Source: a virus | DNA length: 64,000 nucleotides | Virus record (IMG/VR): IMGVR_UViG_3300032240_001244 | Span: 23,182-87,181 of that record | Direction: 5' to 3' (one strand) | Shown: positions 20,979 through 30,953 of the stretch, in pieces | Layout: each line of letters starts with the position of its first letter | How positions within the stretch are numbered: position 1 is the stretch's first letter | Position numbers and translations under genes: made by a program | The notes under the pieces: model-generated | The model's input: only the letters and a program-made list of their open reading frames with translations | What the model was told of the DNA's origin: nothing | Database searches by the model: none

Positions 20979-21892
20979 TGAACATACTATTTCACTCCAA
21001 TCAGTTAGGAGTAAGAGGGACTGAAGTGGCTCTATATGACTATGCTCACTATAATGAAACTATTTTAGGAAACGTATCTTATGTAGCAGCTCCTGCTAAT
21101 TCAGACATGACCGCTTTAGGAAAGTTTAAGACTAGATTTGGAGATAGGATTATACTATATAATTCTTTTGAGGAACTATACTCTTTACCTATAGAAGCAG
21201 CCTATTTTATAAAAGCTGGGTTTAATGATGGCCTTTTAATTCCAGGAGTAAGAAACATAGTACATGCAGTATTTAATGCATCAGATAAACATGGGGAAGT
21301 TTATGTAGCAGTTAGTGAGTGGTTAGGTAAAATACATAATGTAGATCATCTTCCTCATATAGTATCTCTTCCAGATATAGCAGCGGACTTTAGGGAGTTT
21401 ATTCGAGCTTCTAACAATGACATAGTATTTGGAAGGTATGGTGGGTTTGATCAATTTGATGTACCTTATTTAGGAGACGCTATAAAAGCTGCTGCTGATA
21501 AGGGAATAAAGTTCTTATTCATGAATACTAAACAACTGAACTTCCAACACCCTAATGTAATGTATTCTGAAGCTAATACAGATATTGCTACTAAAACAGC
21601 ATTTATTAATACTTGTGATGCTATGATCCACGGTAGAAATGAAGGAGAGTCTTTTGGTTTATCTATAGCAGAGTTCCTGCATCAGAATAAACCTGTGCTA
21701 ACTAATATTCAATGTAGGGATAGGAATCATATTCATGTATTAGGGGATAAAGGCTTTTATTATAGCAACGGTAATGAGTTGTATGCTATGTTGACTTCTT
21801 TTGAAAAGAAAGAATACAATGTTAAATCTTTAGTAGATAAATTTAGACCAGAGATAGTAATGGAAAATTTTAAAGGTTTAATATATGAGTAA
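20978..21892 (+). CDS. glycosyltransferase, GT-B
   Basis: RGTEVALYDYA, GESFGLSIAE. Confidence 0.78.
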   Translation: MNILFHSNQLGVRGTEVALYDYAHYNETILGNVSYVAAPANSDMTALGKFKTRFGDRIILYNSFEELYSLPIEAAYFIKAGFNDGLLIPGVRNIVHAVFNASDKHGEVYVAVSEWLGKIHNVDHLPHIVSLPDIAADFREFIRASNNDIVFGRYGGFDQFDVPYLGDAIKAAADKGIKFLFMNTKQLNFQHPNVMYSEANTDIATKTAFINTCDAMIHGRNEGESFGLSIAEFLHQNKPVLTNIQCRDRNHIHVLGDKGFYYSNGNELYAMLTSFEKKEYNVKSLVDKFRPEIVMENFKGLIYE

Positions 21893-22802
21893 TTTTAAGA
21901 TAGCTTTTATATTCGCACATCGATCCACAGACGTTTGGAATACACCATTAAGTGTAGTCAAAGAGTTTGAATCAAGGGGATGGGAAACTAGAATATATTC
22001 TTTGTTTGATATCTACGATAATTATGTAGATACAAATATACAAAAGCTTATAGATGATAGTAAGTCAAAAGAATTTAATCCTGATATTGTAATGTATATG
22101 GACTGGGGTAGATTTGATTCTCCTTTGTTAGATATGAAAAATATACCAGGAGCTTTTTGGGTAATGGAGTCTGGAGACGATCCACAAAACTTTGAAAGAA
22201 ACTCTAGCAAGGCCTCCAAGTTTAATCTCGTATTAACCCCGGCATATGATTCTTATTTAGAGTATAAAAAAAGATATATAAACGCAGAGTGGTGGACTCA
22301 CTTTGCAGATAGCAATATACATAAACCATATTCAGGGTTTACTCCTTTTGATGAGTTGCCAAAGGTAAGATCAACTAGAGGGCCTGGAGGATCTAATCTT
22401 ATGGACTACTTAAGTCAGATAATGCCTGATAAGTTTATAAATAGGAATGGGCTATCTGGTATGGAATACGGTGACTTTCTTAACAGTGGAGTTATAGTAT
22501 TTCAACAGAGTAGATGGAGAGAGATAACTAGAAGATTGTTTGAAGGAATGGCTTGTGGAAAGTTAATTATAACAGATAGGCTTCCTATTCAAAGTAATAT
22601 AGATGAATTGTTTATAGAAAATGAAGATATAATTTATTACGATAGTTTAGGAGATTGTATTTCCAAAATAAACTACTACCTTAGCGAAGAAGCAAAATCA
22701 GAAAGAGAAAGAATTGCTTTGAATGGTTACAATAAAGTTATCAAAGATCACACACAAGTAGAAAGAGTAAATACTATTATAAAAAAGTTTAAAGAGTATT
22801 GA
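21885..22802 (+). CDS. glycosyltransferase (CgeB / Glyco_trans_1_2-like)
   Basis: RLFEGMACG..ITD, ERIALNGY..V...HT...R. Confidence 0.78.
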   Translation: MSNFKIAFIFAHRSTDVWNTPLSVVKEFESRGWETRIYSLFDIYDNYVDTNIQKLIDDSKSKEFNPDIVMYMDWGRFDSPLLDMKNIPGAFWVMESGDDPQNFERNSSKASKFNLVLTPAYDSYLEYKKRYINAEWWTHFADSNIHKPYSGFTPFDELPKVRSTRGPGGSNLMDYLSQIMPDKFINRNGLSGMEYGDFLNSGVIVFQQSRWREITRRLFEGMACGKLIITDRLPIQSNIDELFIENEDIIYYDSLGDCISKINYYLSEEAKSERERIALNGYNKVIKDHTQVERVNTIIKKFKEY

Positions 22803-22804
22803 TA

Positions 22805-23464
22805 ATGTCTAGAAAATTTTCTATTATAATACCTACAATGTTCAAATGTCCGGACATTACAAATGAACTTTTGGCTAATTTGTATGAAGATCCTGCTGTA
22901 TCTGAAGTAATACTAATAAATAATACAGAAGAGCATAATAACGTTACTAAAATAAATGTTAACGGAAAACTTCAAATACATTCAAAAAATAAAAATTTAT
23001 ACGTAAATCCTTCTTGGAATTTAGGAGTGTCTGTTGCTAAAGAATCTTATCTGGGCATCCTTAATGATGATATTATTATTGCAGAGGGGTTATTTTCTGG
23101 GCTATCTAAGGTAGCTATTGAAAATTTAGGCGTAATAGGGGCGTCACATGGATCAATTATGGGATTAGATAAACCGGAAAGATTTTTGGCAACAGAGTTC
23201 CATATTGTAGGTATGCCAGAAAGAACGTGGGGATTTGGTGTTTTTATGGTTATTTATAAAAATCACTACTCGCAAATACCCGAAGACATGAAAATATGGT
23301 GCGGAGATGATTACATATACCACCAGAATAGAATAGCAGGTAGACAAAATTGCGTGCTAATGTGTCCAATAAAAACAAAAATGAGTATGACTTCTAATAA
23401 TTCCGTATTTGAAGAGATAAAAAATAATGATATAGAAGTGTACAATTCAAAATATAAAGTATGA
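22805..23464 (+). CDS. glycosyltransferase family 2
   Basis: FSIIIPT, INN, WNLG, LNDD, WCGDD. Confidence 0.8.
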   Translation: MSRKFSIIIPTMFKCPDITNELLANLYEDPAVSEVILINNTEEHNNVTKINVNGKLQIHSKNKNLYVNPSWNLGVSVAKESYLGILNDDIIIAEGLFSGLSKVAIENLGVIGASHGSIMGLDKPERFLATEFHIVGMPERTWGFGVFMVIYKNHYSQIPEDMKIWCGDDYIYHQNRIAGRQNCVLMCPIKTKMSMTSNNSVFEEIKNNDIEVYNSKYKV

Positions 23465-24102
23465 ATATAACAGAAAAGTATGGGTTTAAGATGTTTGTGA
23501 ACCAATTTGGAGCCGTTATACCAGAAAACTTCTACGATGAAAGTGAAATAATATTGATAGAAGCTTTTGAAAAATGTATTTTAGATTTAAAAAATAAAAA
23601 TAAAAATCTTTATACTATGATAGAATTGGGAAGCAATCAAGCTTACTATTCTATGTTATTTAAAGCCATTCTAAAAGGACAAGACACTCTTAATTTAATG
23701 ATAGAACCTACAGATGAATATATGGCAAGAGGTAAACATCATTTTAGTATAAATAACTATGATGGTATTTTCATAAATAAGTGCATAGGAAAAAGATGGA
23801 TAGCACATAGTTACGACTTTGAAAAAAAAGAAACATCCGTAGATAAATTAATAGAAGATTACAAAATAGAAAAACTAGACGTACTACACTCTGATATAGA
23901 CGGTGCTGAGTTTACAATGCTAGAAGGGGCTACAGAATCTTTAAAAAATAAAAAAATAGAGTATGCCTTTATACTCACTCATTATTTAGGAATGCATGAA
24001 GAGTGTTTAAAATTTATAACACAATTTGATTACGACATACTACTCGATCATAGAGAAGAGACCGTAGGAGGTGATAGACTTATAATAATTAAAAGTAAAT
24101 AA
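23461..24102 (+). CDS. FkbM-like SAM-dependent methyltransferase
   Basis: IELGS..AYYS, IEP, LHSDIDGAE..ML. Confidence 0.75.
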   Translation: MNITEKYGFKMFVNQFGAVIPENFYDESEIILIEAFEKCILDLKNKNKNLYTMIELGSNQAYYSMLFKAILKGQDTLNLMIEPTDEYMARGKHHFSINNYDGIFINKCIGKRWIAHSYDFEKKETSVDKLIEDYKIEKLDVLHSDIDGAEFTMLEGATESLKNKKIEYAFILTHYLGMHEECLKFITQFDYDILLDHREETVGGDRLIIIKSK

Positions 24103-24103
24103 T

Positions 24104-24733
24104 ATGCAAAGGTACGATATTATAAACAGATTTATAAAAGAAAGAGGGTATAAAGATTATTTAGAGATAGGAGTTTATACCGGACAATGTATGAGAGAGA
24201 TAGTAGCAGACAATAAGACTGGGGTAGATCCTGGATCTGAAGGTCACGTAGCTACCGAAGTCACTCATGTAATGACATCAGACGCTTTCTTTGATAGTAT
24301 TAAAGAATCTAATAAAGTATATGATATTATATTCATAGACGGGTTACATCATTCTTATCAGGTAGATGTGGACATAGAGAACGCTTTAAAATATCTTAAA
24401 GATGGAGGGGTTATAGTAATGCACGATTGCAATCCTGAACAAGAAGTTTACACACTTATTCCTAGGGTAAGTGGTATATGGCATGGGGATGTTTATAAAT
24501 CAGTACTAAGGTTTAGGTCTAAGAACTTACACAGTTTTTTCACAGTAGATACAGACTGTGGATGTGGAGTTATATTTAAGGATTACAAAGGAGACTCACA
24601 AAATAATATAGAAGATTATAAAAAAGCACTATCTTCGTGGAATTATTTCTTTGATAACAAACAAAGACTTTTAAATTTAATCACCGTAGATGAATTTTTA
24701 AATACAAGTTATAATGAGGTGGGACATAATTAA
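24104..24733 (+). CDS. class I SAM-dependent methyltransferase (Methyltransf_24-like)
   Basis: YLEIGV, GVDP, TSDAFF, DIIFIDGLH, VMHD. Confidence 0.85.
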   Translation: MQRYDIINRFIKERGYKDYLEIGVYTGQCMREIVADNKTGVDPGSEGHVATEVTHVMTSDAFFDSIKESNKVYDIIFIDGLHHSYQVDVDIENALKYLKDGGVIVMHDCNPEQEVYTLIPRVSGIWHGDVYKSVLRFRSKNLHSFFTVDTDCGCGVIFKDYKGDSQNNIEDYKKALSSWNYFFDNKQRLLNLITVDEFLNTSYNEVGHN

Positions 24734-25310
24734 TTACTTAGTAGATCAAAATAAATACAGTAGATATCTAGAGATAGGAGTTCAAGAGTATTATTCTAAT
24801 TGTGATAAAATAAAAGCAGAGTATAAAGTAGCAGTTGATCCAGCTCCCAAAAGCAAGTGCGACTTTATAGGAACTTCAGATGCTTATTTTAAATCTATAG
24901 ATAAAGATGTTTTGTTTGACATAGTCTTTATAGATGGACTACATCAAAGTGATCAAGTGTTAATAGATATAGAAAATTCTTTAAATCATTTATCTGAAGG
25001 CGGCACAATTGTAGTACATGATTGTTTACCAGAAGCCGAGTATCAGCAAGTTAGAGAAGATAATCACAGAGAGTGGACTGGAGATGTATGGAAAGCTATT
25101 GCATTCCTAAAAGGAACTAGAAGTGATTTAGATATAAAAGTTGTAGATCATGATTGGGGATGTGGGATTGTACAAAAAGGTAGACAAGAGCTAGGCAAAT
25201 ATAAGACAGTAGAAGAGCTTAACTGGACAATATTTGAGTCTAATAGGAACTCATTGATGGGAGTTATATCAGTAGATGAATTTTTAAATACATACAAAAA
25301 TGAAGCTTAA
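24714..25310 (+). CDS. class I SAM-dependent methyltransferase, paralog of upstream gene
   Basis: YLEIGV, AVDP, TSDAYF, DIVFIDGLH, VVHD, WTGDVWK. Confidence 0.85.
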   Translation: MRWDIINYLVDQNKYSRYLEIGVQEYYSNCDKIKAEYKVAVDPAPKSKCDFIGTSDAYFKSIDKDVLFDIVFIDGLHQSDQVLIDIENSLNHLSEGGTIVVHDCLPEAEYQQVREDNHREWTGDVWKAIAFLKGTRSDLDIKVVDHDWGCGIVQKGRQELGKYKTVEELNWTIFESNRNSLMGVISVDEFLNTYKNEA

Positions 25311-26019
25311 TCTGTCAGTAGGCATACTAACTTGGAATTCTTATAACACCTTACAAAATACTTTAGAAAGTTATAAACAATCTGGATTACTGGATATGGT
25401 AAATGACGTTTGTATTTTTGCACAAGAGGGTAAAGATATAGATTATAAAATAGCTGCCAAGTATAACACAGACGTAATACTAAGCCCAGATAATGTGGGT
25501 ATAGGTAAAGGTTTAAGTACATTAGCCCACGCAGCAGAGACTGATACTATACTACTACTAGAAAATGATTGGGTAATATTAACTGATTTTTTTTCTATAG
25601 TATATGAGGAACTTAAGAAAGGAATGGATATGTTAGAGTCAAATAAGGCAGACGTGATTAAATATAGAAGTAGAAGGGTTCCTGGAGATCCTTTATATAC
25701 TTTGCAATTTTCAAATCGTGAAATGGATAGCCCTAAACATTTATTTGAATGCGTACATTGGAGAGAAAACCCAGACGTAGATTTCCCAGAATATATAAGT
25801 AAGGACAAGGACACAGGATTGTATTATGCTAAATCAAAATATGCTAATCAAACTAACAATCCATGTTTATATAAAAAAGAATTTTACACTAAAAACATAT
25901 CTCCCTTTTCTGGAGAAGGTAACGAGTTAGAAGGAAAGATAGATGGTTGGTGGCAAGAACAAGACTTTACAGTTGCACATGGGGAAGGATTATTTACACA
26001 TTATAGATTAGACCGATGA
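25300..26019 (+). CDS. glycosyltransferase-like protein (GT-A fold)
   Basis: SVGILTWN, NVGIG, LLLENDW. Confidence 0.65.
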   Translation: MKLNLSVGILTWNSYNTLQNTLESYKQSGLLDMVNDVCIFAQEGKDIDYKIAAKYNTDVILSPDNVGIGKGLSTLAHAAETDTILLLENDWVILTDFFSIVYEELKKGMDMLESNKADVIKYRSRRVPGDPLYTLQFSNREMDSPKHLFECVHWRENPDVDFPEYISKDKDTGLYYAKSKYANQTNNPCLYKKEFYTKNISPFSGEGNELEGKIDGWWQEQDFTVAHGEGLFTHYRLDR

Positions 26020-26648
26020 AAAAATTATTATTTATTACATTAGGATTATTAGTAAGTTTTTATGTTTCTGCACAACATACGGTGGCACTAAAGCACAAAC
26101 AGTATCAAACGGTATTTGACACAGTACTTAAATATCCAATAGAAGTAAGTTGGGTATTGACAAAGGAATCTGTAGATTGTAAAAACAAATATACCAGAAC
26201 AAATAAATTTGTTGCAGACCCTCTATTACACAAACAAACAGATTTAGAAGATTCTTATGCTGGGTCTGGCTATGACAGAGGTCATAACTTTCCAGCTGCT
26301 GATGCTGCTTGTGATTCTACATCTATGATAGAATGTTTTTATTTTTCTAATATGACTCCACAAGATCCTACTGTTAATAGAGGTGATTGGAAACAACTAG
26401 AAGAATTAGAAAGAAATCTTTCTATAAAATACGACTCGGTAAAAGTATGGTGCGGATCTTGGGGATCAAAAAAGAAAATAGGACAAGTAACAGTCCCTAC
26501 AGATTGTTGGAAAGTTATTTATATAGTAAAGACAAAAGAGTGGACGGCATATCATTTTTATAATAAGAAATCAAATTCAGCAGGGACAAAGTCACATGAA
26601 GTACCTTTGTCTTTTATAGAAAAACAAACACACATAAAGTTTAAATAA
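26016..26648 (+). CDS. secreted DNA/RNA non-specific endonuclease (NucA/EndoG family)
   Basis: Signal peptide MKKLLFITLGLLVSFYVSA, YDRGH, SNMTPQ...NRG.W..LE, VPT..WK. Confidence 0.88.
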   Translation: MKKLLFITLGLLVSFYVSAQHTVALKHKQYQTVFDTVLKYPIEVSWVLTKESVDCKNKYTRTNKFVADPLLHKQTDLEDSYAGSGYDRGHNFPAADAACDSTSMIECFYFSNMTPQDPTVNRGDWKQLEELERNLSIKYDSVKVWCGSWGSKKKIGQVTVPTDCWKVIYIVKTKEWTAYHFYNKKSNSAGTKSHEVPLSFIEKQTHIKFK

Positions 26649-26655
26649 AAAAAAT

Positions 26656-27498
26656 ATGGTTTTTGATTGCTTTACATTCTTTAATGAATTAGATCTACTG
26701 GAATTCAGATTAAAACTGTTATCAGATGTAGTTGATAAGTTTGTCATTTGTGAGTCTAATTACACTCATAGCGGTAAGTTAAAGCCTTATTATTTTGAAG
26801 AAAACAAAGATAGGTATAGTAAATGGCTAGATAAAATAGTATACCTTCCAATAGAACAGTCTATAGAAGGTTTGAATTTTGATACAGTAAATAGCTACAC
26901 TCCAACAAATGGATCTTGGATATTAGAAAATGAACAGAGGATGGCTCTTCTATACGCAGGAGAGATCATGAGAGATGACGATCTTGTACTTGTAGGAGAC
27001 CTAGACGAGATACCAAATCCGGGAGCTCTGGTAGCTATATTGCAAAATGATATGCTACATAAAAACAACGTAGCAATATCTTTATCTCTTTTGTTTCATT
27101 ACTATTATTTTAACTGTCAAATGGAAGGGTTTGATAGAATATGGAATGGTACAGTGGTTTGTTTAGCCGATTACTTTAGGTCTAATAACCCTCAGTATCT
27201 TAGAGATAATAGAAATAACTTTACCAGATTGCCTAATGCTGGGTGGCATTTTTCATATCTTGGAGGAATAGATAAAATCAAAAAAAAGATAGAATCTTTT
27301 GCACATACAGAATTTAATAGACCGGATATAACATCTGATGAGAATATTAAAGATGCTATAGAAAATGGTAAGGACATATTTAAAAGACAGGGTGTATCAT
27401 ATAAAGTAGTGCCTGTAGCATACTACCCAGAACCTATAAGATCATTAATGCTTGAGTATCCACAATTTATTAAAAATGAAGTTACGTTCCATAGTTGA
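26656..27498 (+). CDS. glycosyltransferase family 17-like (beta-1,4-GlcNAc transferase-like)
   Basis: DCFTFFNELDLL, ESNYTHSG, ENEQR, DLDEIP, GWHFSY. Confidence 0.82.
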   Translation: MVFDCFTFFNELDLLEFRLKLLSDVVDKFVICESNYTHSGKLKPYYFEENKDRYSKWLDKIVYLPIEQSIEGLNFDTVNSYTPTNGSWILENEQRMALLYAGEIMRDDDLVLVGDLDEIPNPGALVAILQNDMLHKNNVAISLSLLFHYYYFNCQMEGFDRIWNGTVVCLADYFRSNNPQYLRDNRNNFTRLPNAGWHFSYLGGIDKIKKKIESFAHTEFNRPDITSDENIKDAIENGKDIFKRQGVSYKVVPVAYYPEPIRSLMLEYPQFIKNEVTFHS

Positions 27499-28306
27499 TA
27501 AGTCTTGTTACGCAACCATAGCCACCATTACTGAAGATAGCTTTGATAAGTTAAATTTTTTCTTACAGTATAACGGAGAGTTTATAAAACAGTTCCCACA
27601 CGTCATTATCTCCACAAATAGCTTAGAAGATACTCCTATACGTAAAATTAATCAATACCATAATACATGGCGTAGATTAGCCCCTAATTGCGTTATACTG
27701 CATTCTGATAAAAATAGAGGTCATATGTTTGGAACCATAGACTTGGAAGAGAGTATATTAAAGCACATTAAAAGTCATTTGCCTGAAATTAAATATTTAT
27801 GGAAGGCAATGGATGATATTATTAGTACAACAGATCTTCTAGATTTAGAAGTAGAGGAGGCAGAGTTTTACTATCTTCCAGGGTTTAGTTACGAATCTAT
27901 ACAGAAAGCAGGAGGAAAAGAAAAACTATATGAGATATACGAAAATTTTGAGAGCAATTTTTGGACTCCTCAAACTCCTTTTTTTATTCTCGATATCACT
28001 AATATTGATAATCTTTACGGGACTGATGTCGATACTAAGATTAGTATTTATGAGGAAGTTAAGGCACGGAATCCGTCTGTAAAGCCATGGGAAGTGCCAT
28101 TCAATCTTAAGTTTGATTGTGAAACTCATCTAGGAAGAACTACTAAGGATCTAAAAAAATACTGTCTACTTAAGGATCAATTCAAAGATCTCCTCGATAT
28201 GGTAGAGATAAATAAGATAGGGGATCCATCCCACAAGAATATATATTTTGAAAAATTGGGAGTCTGCCATTATCATTTCTATAAAGATTTGATATATAAC
28301 GTATAA
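27476..28306 (+). CDS. hypothetical protein, possibly glycosyltransferase-related
   Basis: ORF at end of GT cluster, NRGH...MDD motif. Confidence 0.55.
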   Translation: MKLRSIVDKSCYATIATITEDSFDKLNFFLQYNGEFIKQFPHVIISTNSLEDTPIRKINQYHNTWRRLAPNCVILHSDKNRGHMFGTIDLEESILKHIKSHLPEIKYLWKAMDDIISTTDLLDLEVEEAEFYYLPGFSYESIQKAGGKEKLYEIYENFESNFWTPQTPFFILDITNIDNLYGTDVDTKISIYEEVKARNPSVKPWEVPFNLKFDCETHLGRTTKDLKKYCLLKDQFKDLLDMVEINKIGDPSHKNIYFEKLGVCHYHFYKDLIYNV

Positions 28307-28336
28307 TGATTATCTTTGCTATAGATATTTATATGC

Positions 28337-29128
28337 GTGAGAAACTTACTTAATTTACTACTAGAAGCACCTATAGATGCAGCCACTATCCAGAAAATGA
28401 TTAATTCTGGTAAGCAGGTATCTATATACTATCAAGGAGACGATAATAGCAAGAAAGGTTGGAAAAAAGTAGAACCTGTTAAGGTTGAAACTGTTGATGG
28501 TAAGGAGACTCTTATTGCATATGAGATAGAAGGTTTAGGAAAAAAACCTATTAAAAAACAGTTCACTCAAGAAAAGATTACCAACTGGAACGTCCTAAGC
28601 ACTGTCACAGCTACCACTGCAGCTAAGGAAAAGGAGAAAGAAAAGAAATTACCAAAAAAACCTGGAGCTAAGCCTCCTACCCCAAAGCAAAGAAGTTTGG
28701 GGTCTCAAGGAGATGACTTCTGTGATGCTATAACTAATAAGAGAATAGTTAAAATGTACTATAAGGGAGACGAAGAAGAGGCTCCTGGATGGCGTACAGA
28801 TGTACAGGCGGTGTGCTACGGATCTCGTAAAGGAGTTAAGTATGTAAGAGCTTGGGTAGGGTCAGGCAAATCAGTTAGCGCAGATAAAAATCCACAAAAG
28901 AAAGCATTACCAGGTTGGAGATTCTTTCGTCAAGATAGAATACAAAAGTGGGAAGTAGACGCTACAAAAACTTTCAAAGCACCGCCTAAGGCAGACTTTA
29001 ATCCTAAAGGAGACAAGTTAATGGATACCATATTATGTATATCAGATTTTGCACCAGATGCACCGCCAGCAGCATTACAAGAAGGATCAATACTTTCAGC
29101 TATAAAGGAGGCAATCAAAATCTTTTAA
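28337..29128 (+). CDS. protein with two WYL-like domains
   Basis: Two repeats: I...K.V.[IM]YY.GD....GW...V.P/A....L/V.AY/W ... F..[ED][KR]I..W.V; second has GWRFFRQDRI. Confidence 0.65.
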   Translation: MRNLLNLLLEAPIDAATIQKMINSGKQVSIYYQGDDNSKKGWKKVEPVKVETVDGKETLIAYEIEGLGKKPIKKQFTQEKITNWNVLSTVTATTAAKEKEKEKKLPKKPGAKPPTPKQRSLGSQGDDFCDAITNKRIVKMYYKGDEEEAPGWRTDVQAVCYGSRKGVKYVRAWVGSGKSVSADKNPQKKALPGWRFFRQDRIQKWEVDATKTFKAPPKADFNPKGDKLMDTILCISDFAPDAPPAALQEGSILSAIKEAIKIF

Positions 29129-29138
29129 AACTAGGAAG

Positions 29139-29477
29139 ATGAATCAGAAAGGAAAGAAGCAGTCGGTTAAAAAAAGAGTTGTGCCTTTTCTGAACTACAC
29201 AGTGAGAAACTTCTCAGACTATAATGAAATATCGGATATGGCAGAGACTCAAAAAATTATATTCGATAATCTTGTAGAAGCTATAAACTTTAGTGTAAGT
29301 AAAAATAAAAACCAAGCAGACATTTTTAAATTAAATGAAGATGTTTGTGTAACTTTGGAAAAAGAAAAGTGGGCAACATCTCTTAAAAAAGCTATAGAGT
29401 TTTACTCTTCAACTGAGGTGGAAGACTACGAAAAATGTAAACAGTGTAGAGATATTATTGAAAAAATAACGTTATGA
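29139..29477 (+). CDS. hypothetical protein with C-terminal UVR-like helix (EDYEKC..CRD)
   Basis: 112 aa ORF. Confidence 0.6.
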   Translation: MNQKGKKQSVKKRVVPFLNYTVRNFSDYNEISDMAETQKIIFDNLVEAINFSVSKNKNQADIFKLNEDVCVTLEKEKWATSLKKAIEFYSSTEVEDYEKCKQCRDIIEKITL

Positions 29478-29887
29478 AAAAAGACTTCGACCCAGATAAT
29501 AGCCACGATCAAAATGTAAAGATTGCAATAGATAAGATCATTGGACAGGAAACTTCATTTAGGAAGCTAAAGAAAACACAAGAAGACCACAAAAGGATTC
29601 TATTTGTTAGAATAATAGAGTCCATAATAAATGCAGAAGAAAGAGCAATAGGGTTGGATGAAGGATTTCAAATGGATATGACCAAATATAATCAACTGTT
29701 CTTTGATATTATTACAGACTTCTTTTCATTTACTTTCAATAAACAACAGGTCAATCTTATTAACTTCTACTTGTACGACAGATACGCTGCGGATGGATCT
29801 GTACTTGATTTAATAAACGATGATGAGACTGTAGTACCATTACACACACCAAATGATCTTTGGTATCTATTGAACAAAAATGAATAG
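29474..29887 (+). CDS. hypothetical protein
   Basis: 137 aa ORF, ATGA-coupled. Confidence 0.7.
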   Translation: MKKDFDPDNSHDQNVKIAIDKIIGQETSFRKLKKTQEDHKRILFVRIIESIINAEERAIGLDEGFQMDMTKYNQLFFDIITDFFSFTFNKQQVNLINFYLYDRYAADGSVLDLINDDETVVPLHTPNDLWYLLNKNE

Positions 29888-29889
29888 TT

Positions 29890-30591
29890 ATGCAAATCAA
29901 ATCTTTCAAAAAAGAGAAATCTAATAGAGGGCAAGACCTTAATATAGAAAGGCAAGCTATTGAAAGAGCTATGAGAGATACTATGTCAAACAAAGCTGCG
30001 GCAAGGTTCTTAGGAGTATCTTTTAAAACATATAAGAAATACGCCCAGATGTACCGTAATGAAGATGGTATAACCTTATATGAGCTACATAAGAACCAAG
30101 CTGCTAAAGGTATTCCTAAGTTTGGCAAGAGGAGGCATGACAAGGCTTCCATCATGGATATCATGGAAGGGAGAGTCCCTAAAACATTTGTATCAATTAA
30201 AATATTAAAACATCAAATAATACAGCATGGAATCTTAAAAGAAGAATGTTGTAGGTGTGGATTCAAAGAGCAGCGTGTATTAGATTACAAGACCCCTCTT
30301 ATAATGAATTTTAGGGATGGAGATAAAAAAAATTGGGCTTTAGAAAACATAGAATTTCTATGCTATAATTGTTTTTTTCTTTGTGTAGGAGAAGTTTTTA
30401 CAAATAAACAACTGTCTGTAATGGAAGATTTTACAGATTTAAGATCTGTTAAAATAGATCTAGACTTGCCAGTAAAACATGAGGAAGCCATAAAAGAATC
30501 AATTAACCTGGAAAATAAACATATTTATAGTAGTGAAGAAAGGCCAGAGGATTACGGAGATGATTTAATATCAACATTCAGAAGACGATGA
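29890..30591 (+). CDS. HTH plus degenerate HNH-like zinc-binding protein
   Basis: NKAAARFLGVSFKTYKKY (HTH); CCRC ... NFRDGDKKNWALENIEFLCYNC (HNH-like, catalytic His replaced). Confidence 0.65.
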   Translation: MQIKSFKKEKSNRGQDLNIERQAIERAMRDTMSNKAAARFLGVSFKTYKKYAQMYRNEDGITLYELHKNQAAKGIPKFGKRRHDKASIMDIMEGRVPKTFVSIKILKHQIIQHGILKEECCRCGFKEQRVLDYKTPLIMNFRDGDKKNWALENIEFLCYNCFFLCVGEVFTNKQLSVMEDFTDLRSVKIDLDLPVKHEEAIKESINLENKHIYSSEERPEDYGDDLISTFRRR

Positions 30592-30953
30592 AAAGAAAAG
30601 ATTACGTTGATAAAACTGCTGATGATCTTATAAAAAAGAAAGATGCTTCAGATAAGTTATTAGCGTTTGCTGGAAGAGCATCTAGTCTAACAGCGTTTTT
30701 AGTAAACAAGTCTAAGGAAGAGGTATTGATGAAGGAGGCTCATAAGAAACTACCAGCACTTAAAGAAAAGCTTGTAGAACATAAGGTATTTTTTGAAAGG
30801 AAGACAATAAAAAGTGATAATATAAGGAACTTAAACAATGAGATCACCAAGTGTGAAAAGTTTATTGAAGGGTTGGGAGAAAAAACTACTATTGAGGATC
30901 TCAAAATTATTTTGGACTGGTACTATAAAACCTCGGAGAAATATGGATTTTGA
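30588..30953 (+). CDS. hypothetical protein
   Basis: 121 aa ORF. Confidence 0.6.
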   Translation: MKRKDYVDKTADDLIKKKDASDKLLAFAGRASSLTAFLVNKSKEEVLMKEAHKKLPALKEKLVEHKVFFERKTIKSDNIRNLNNEITKCEKFIEGLGEKTTIEDLKIILDWYYKTSEKYGF

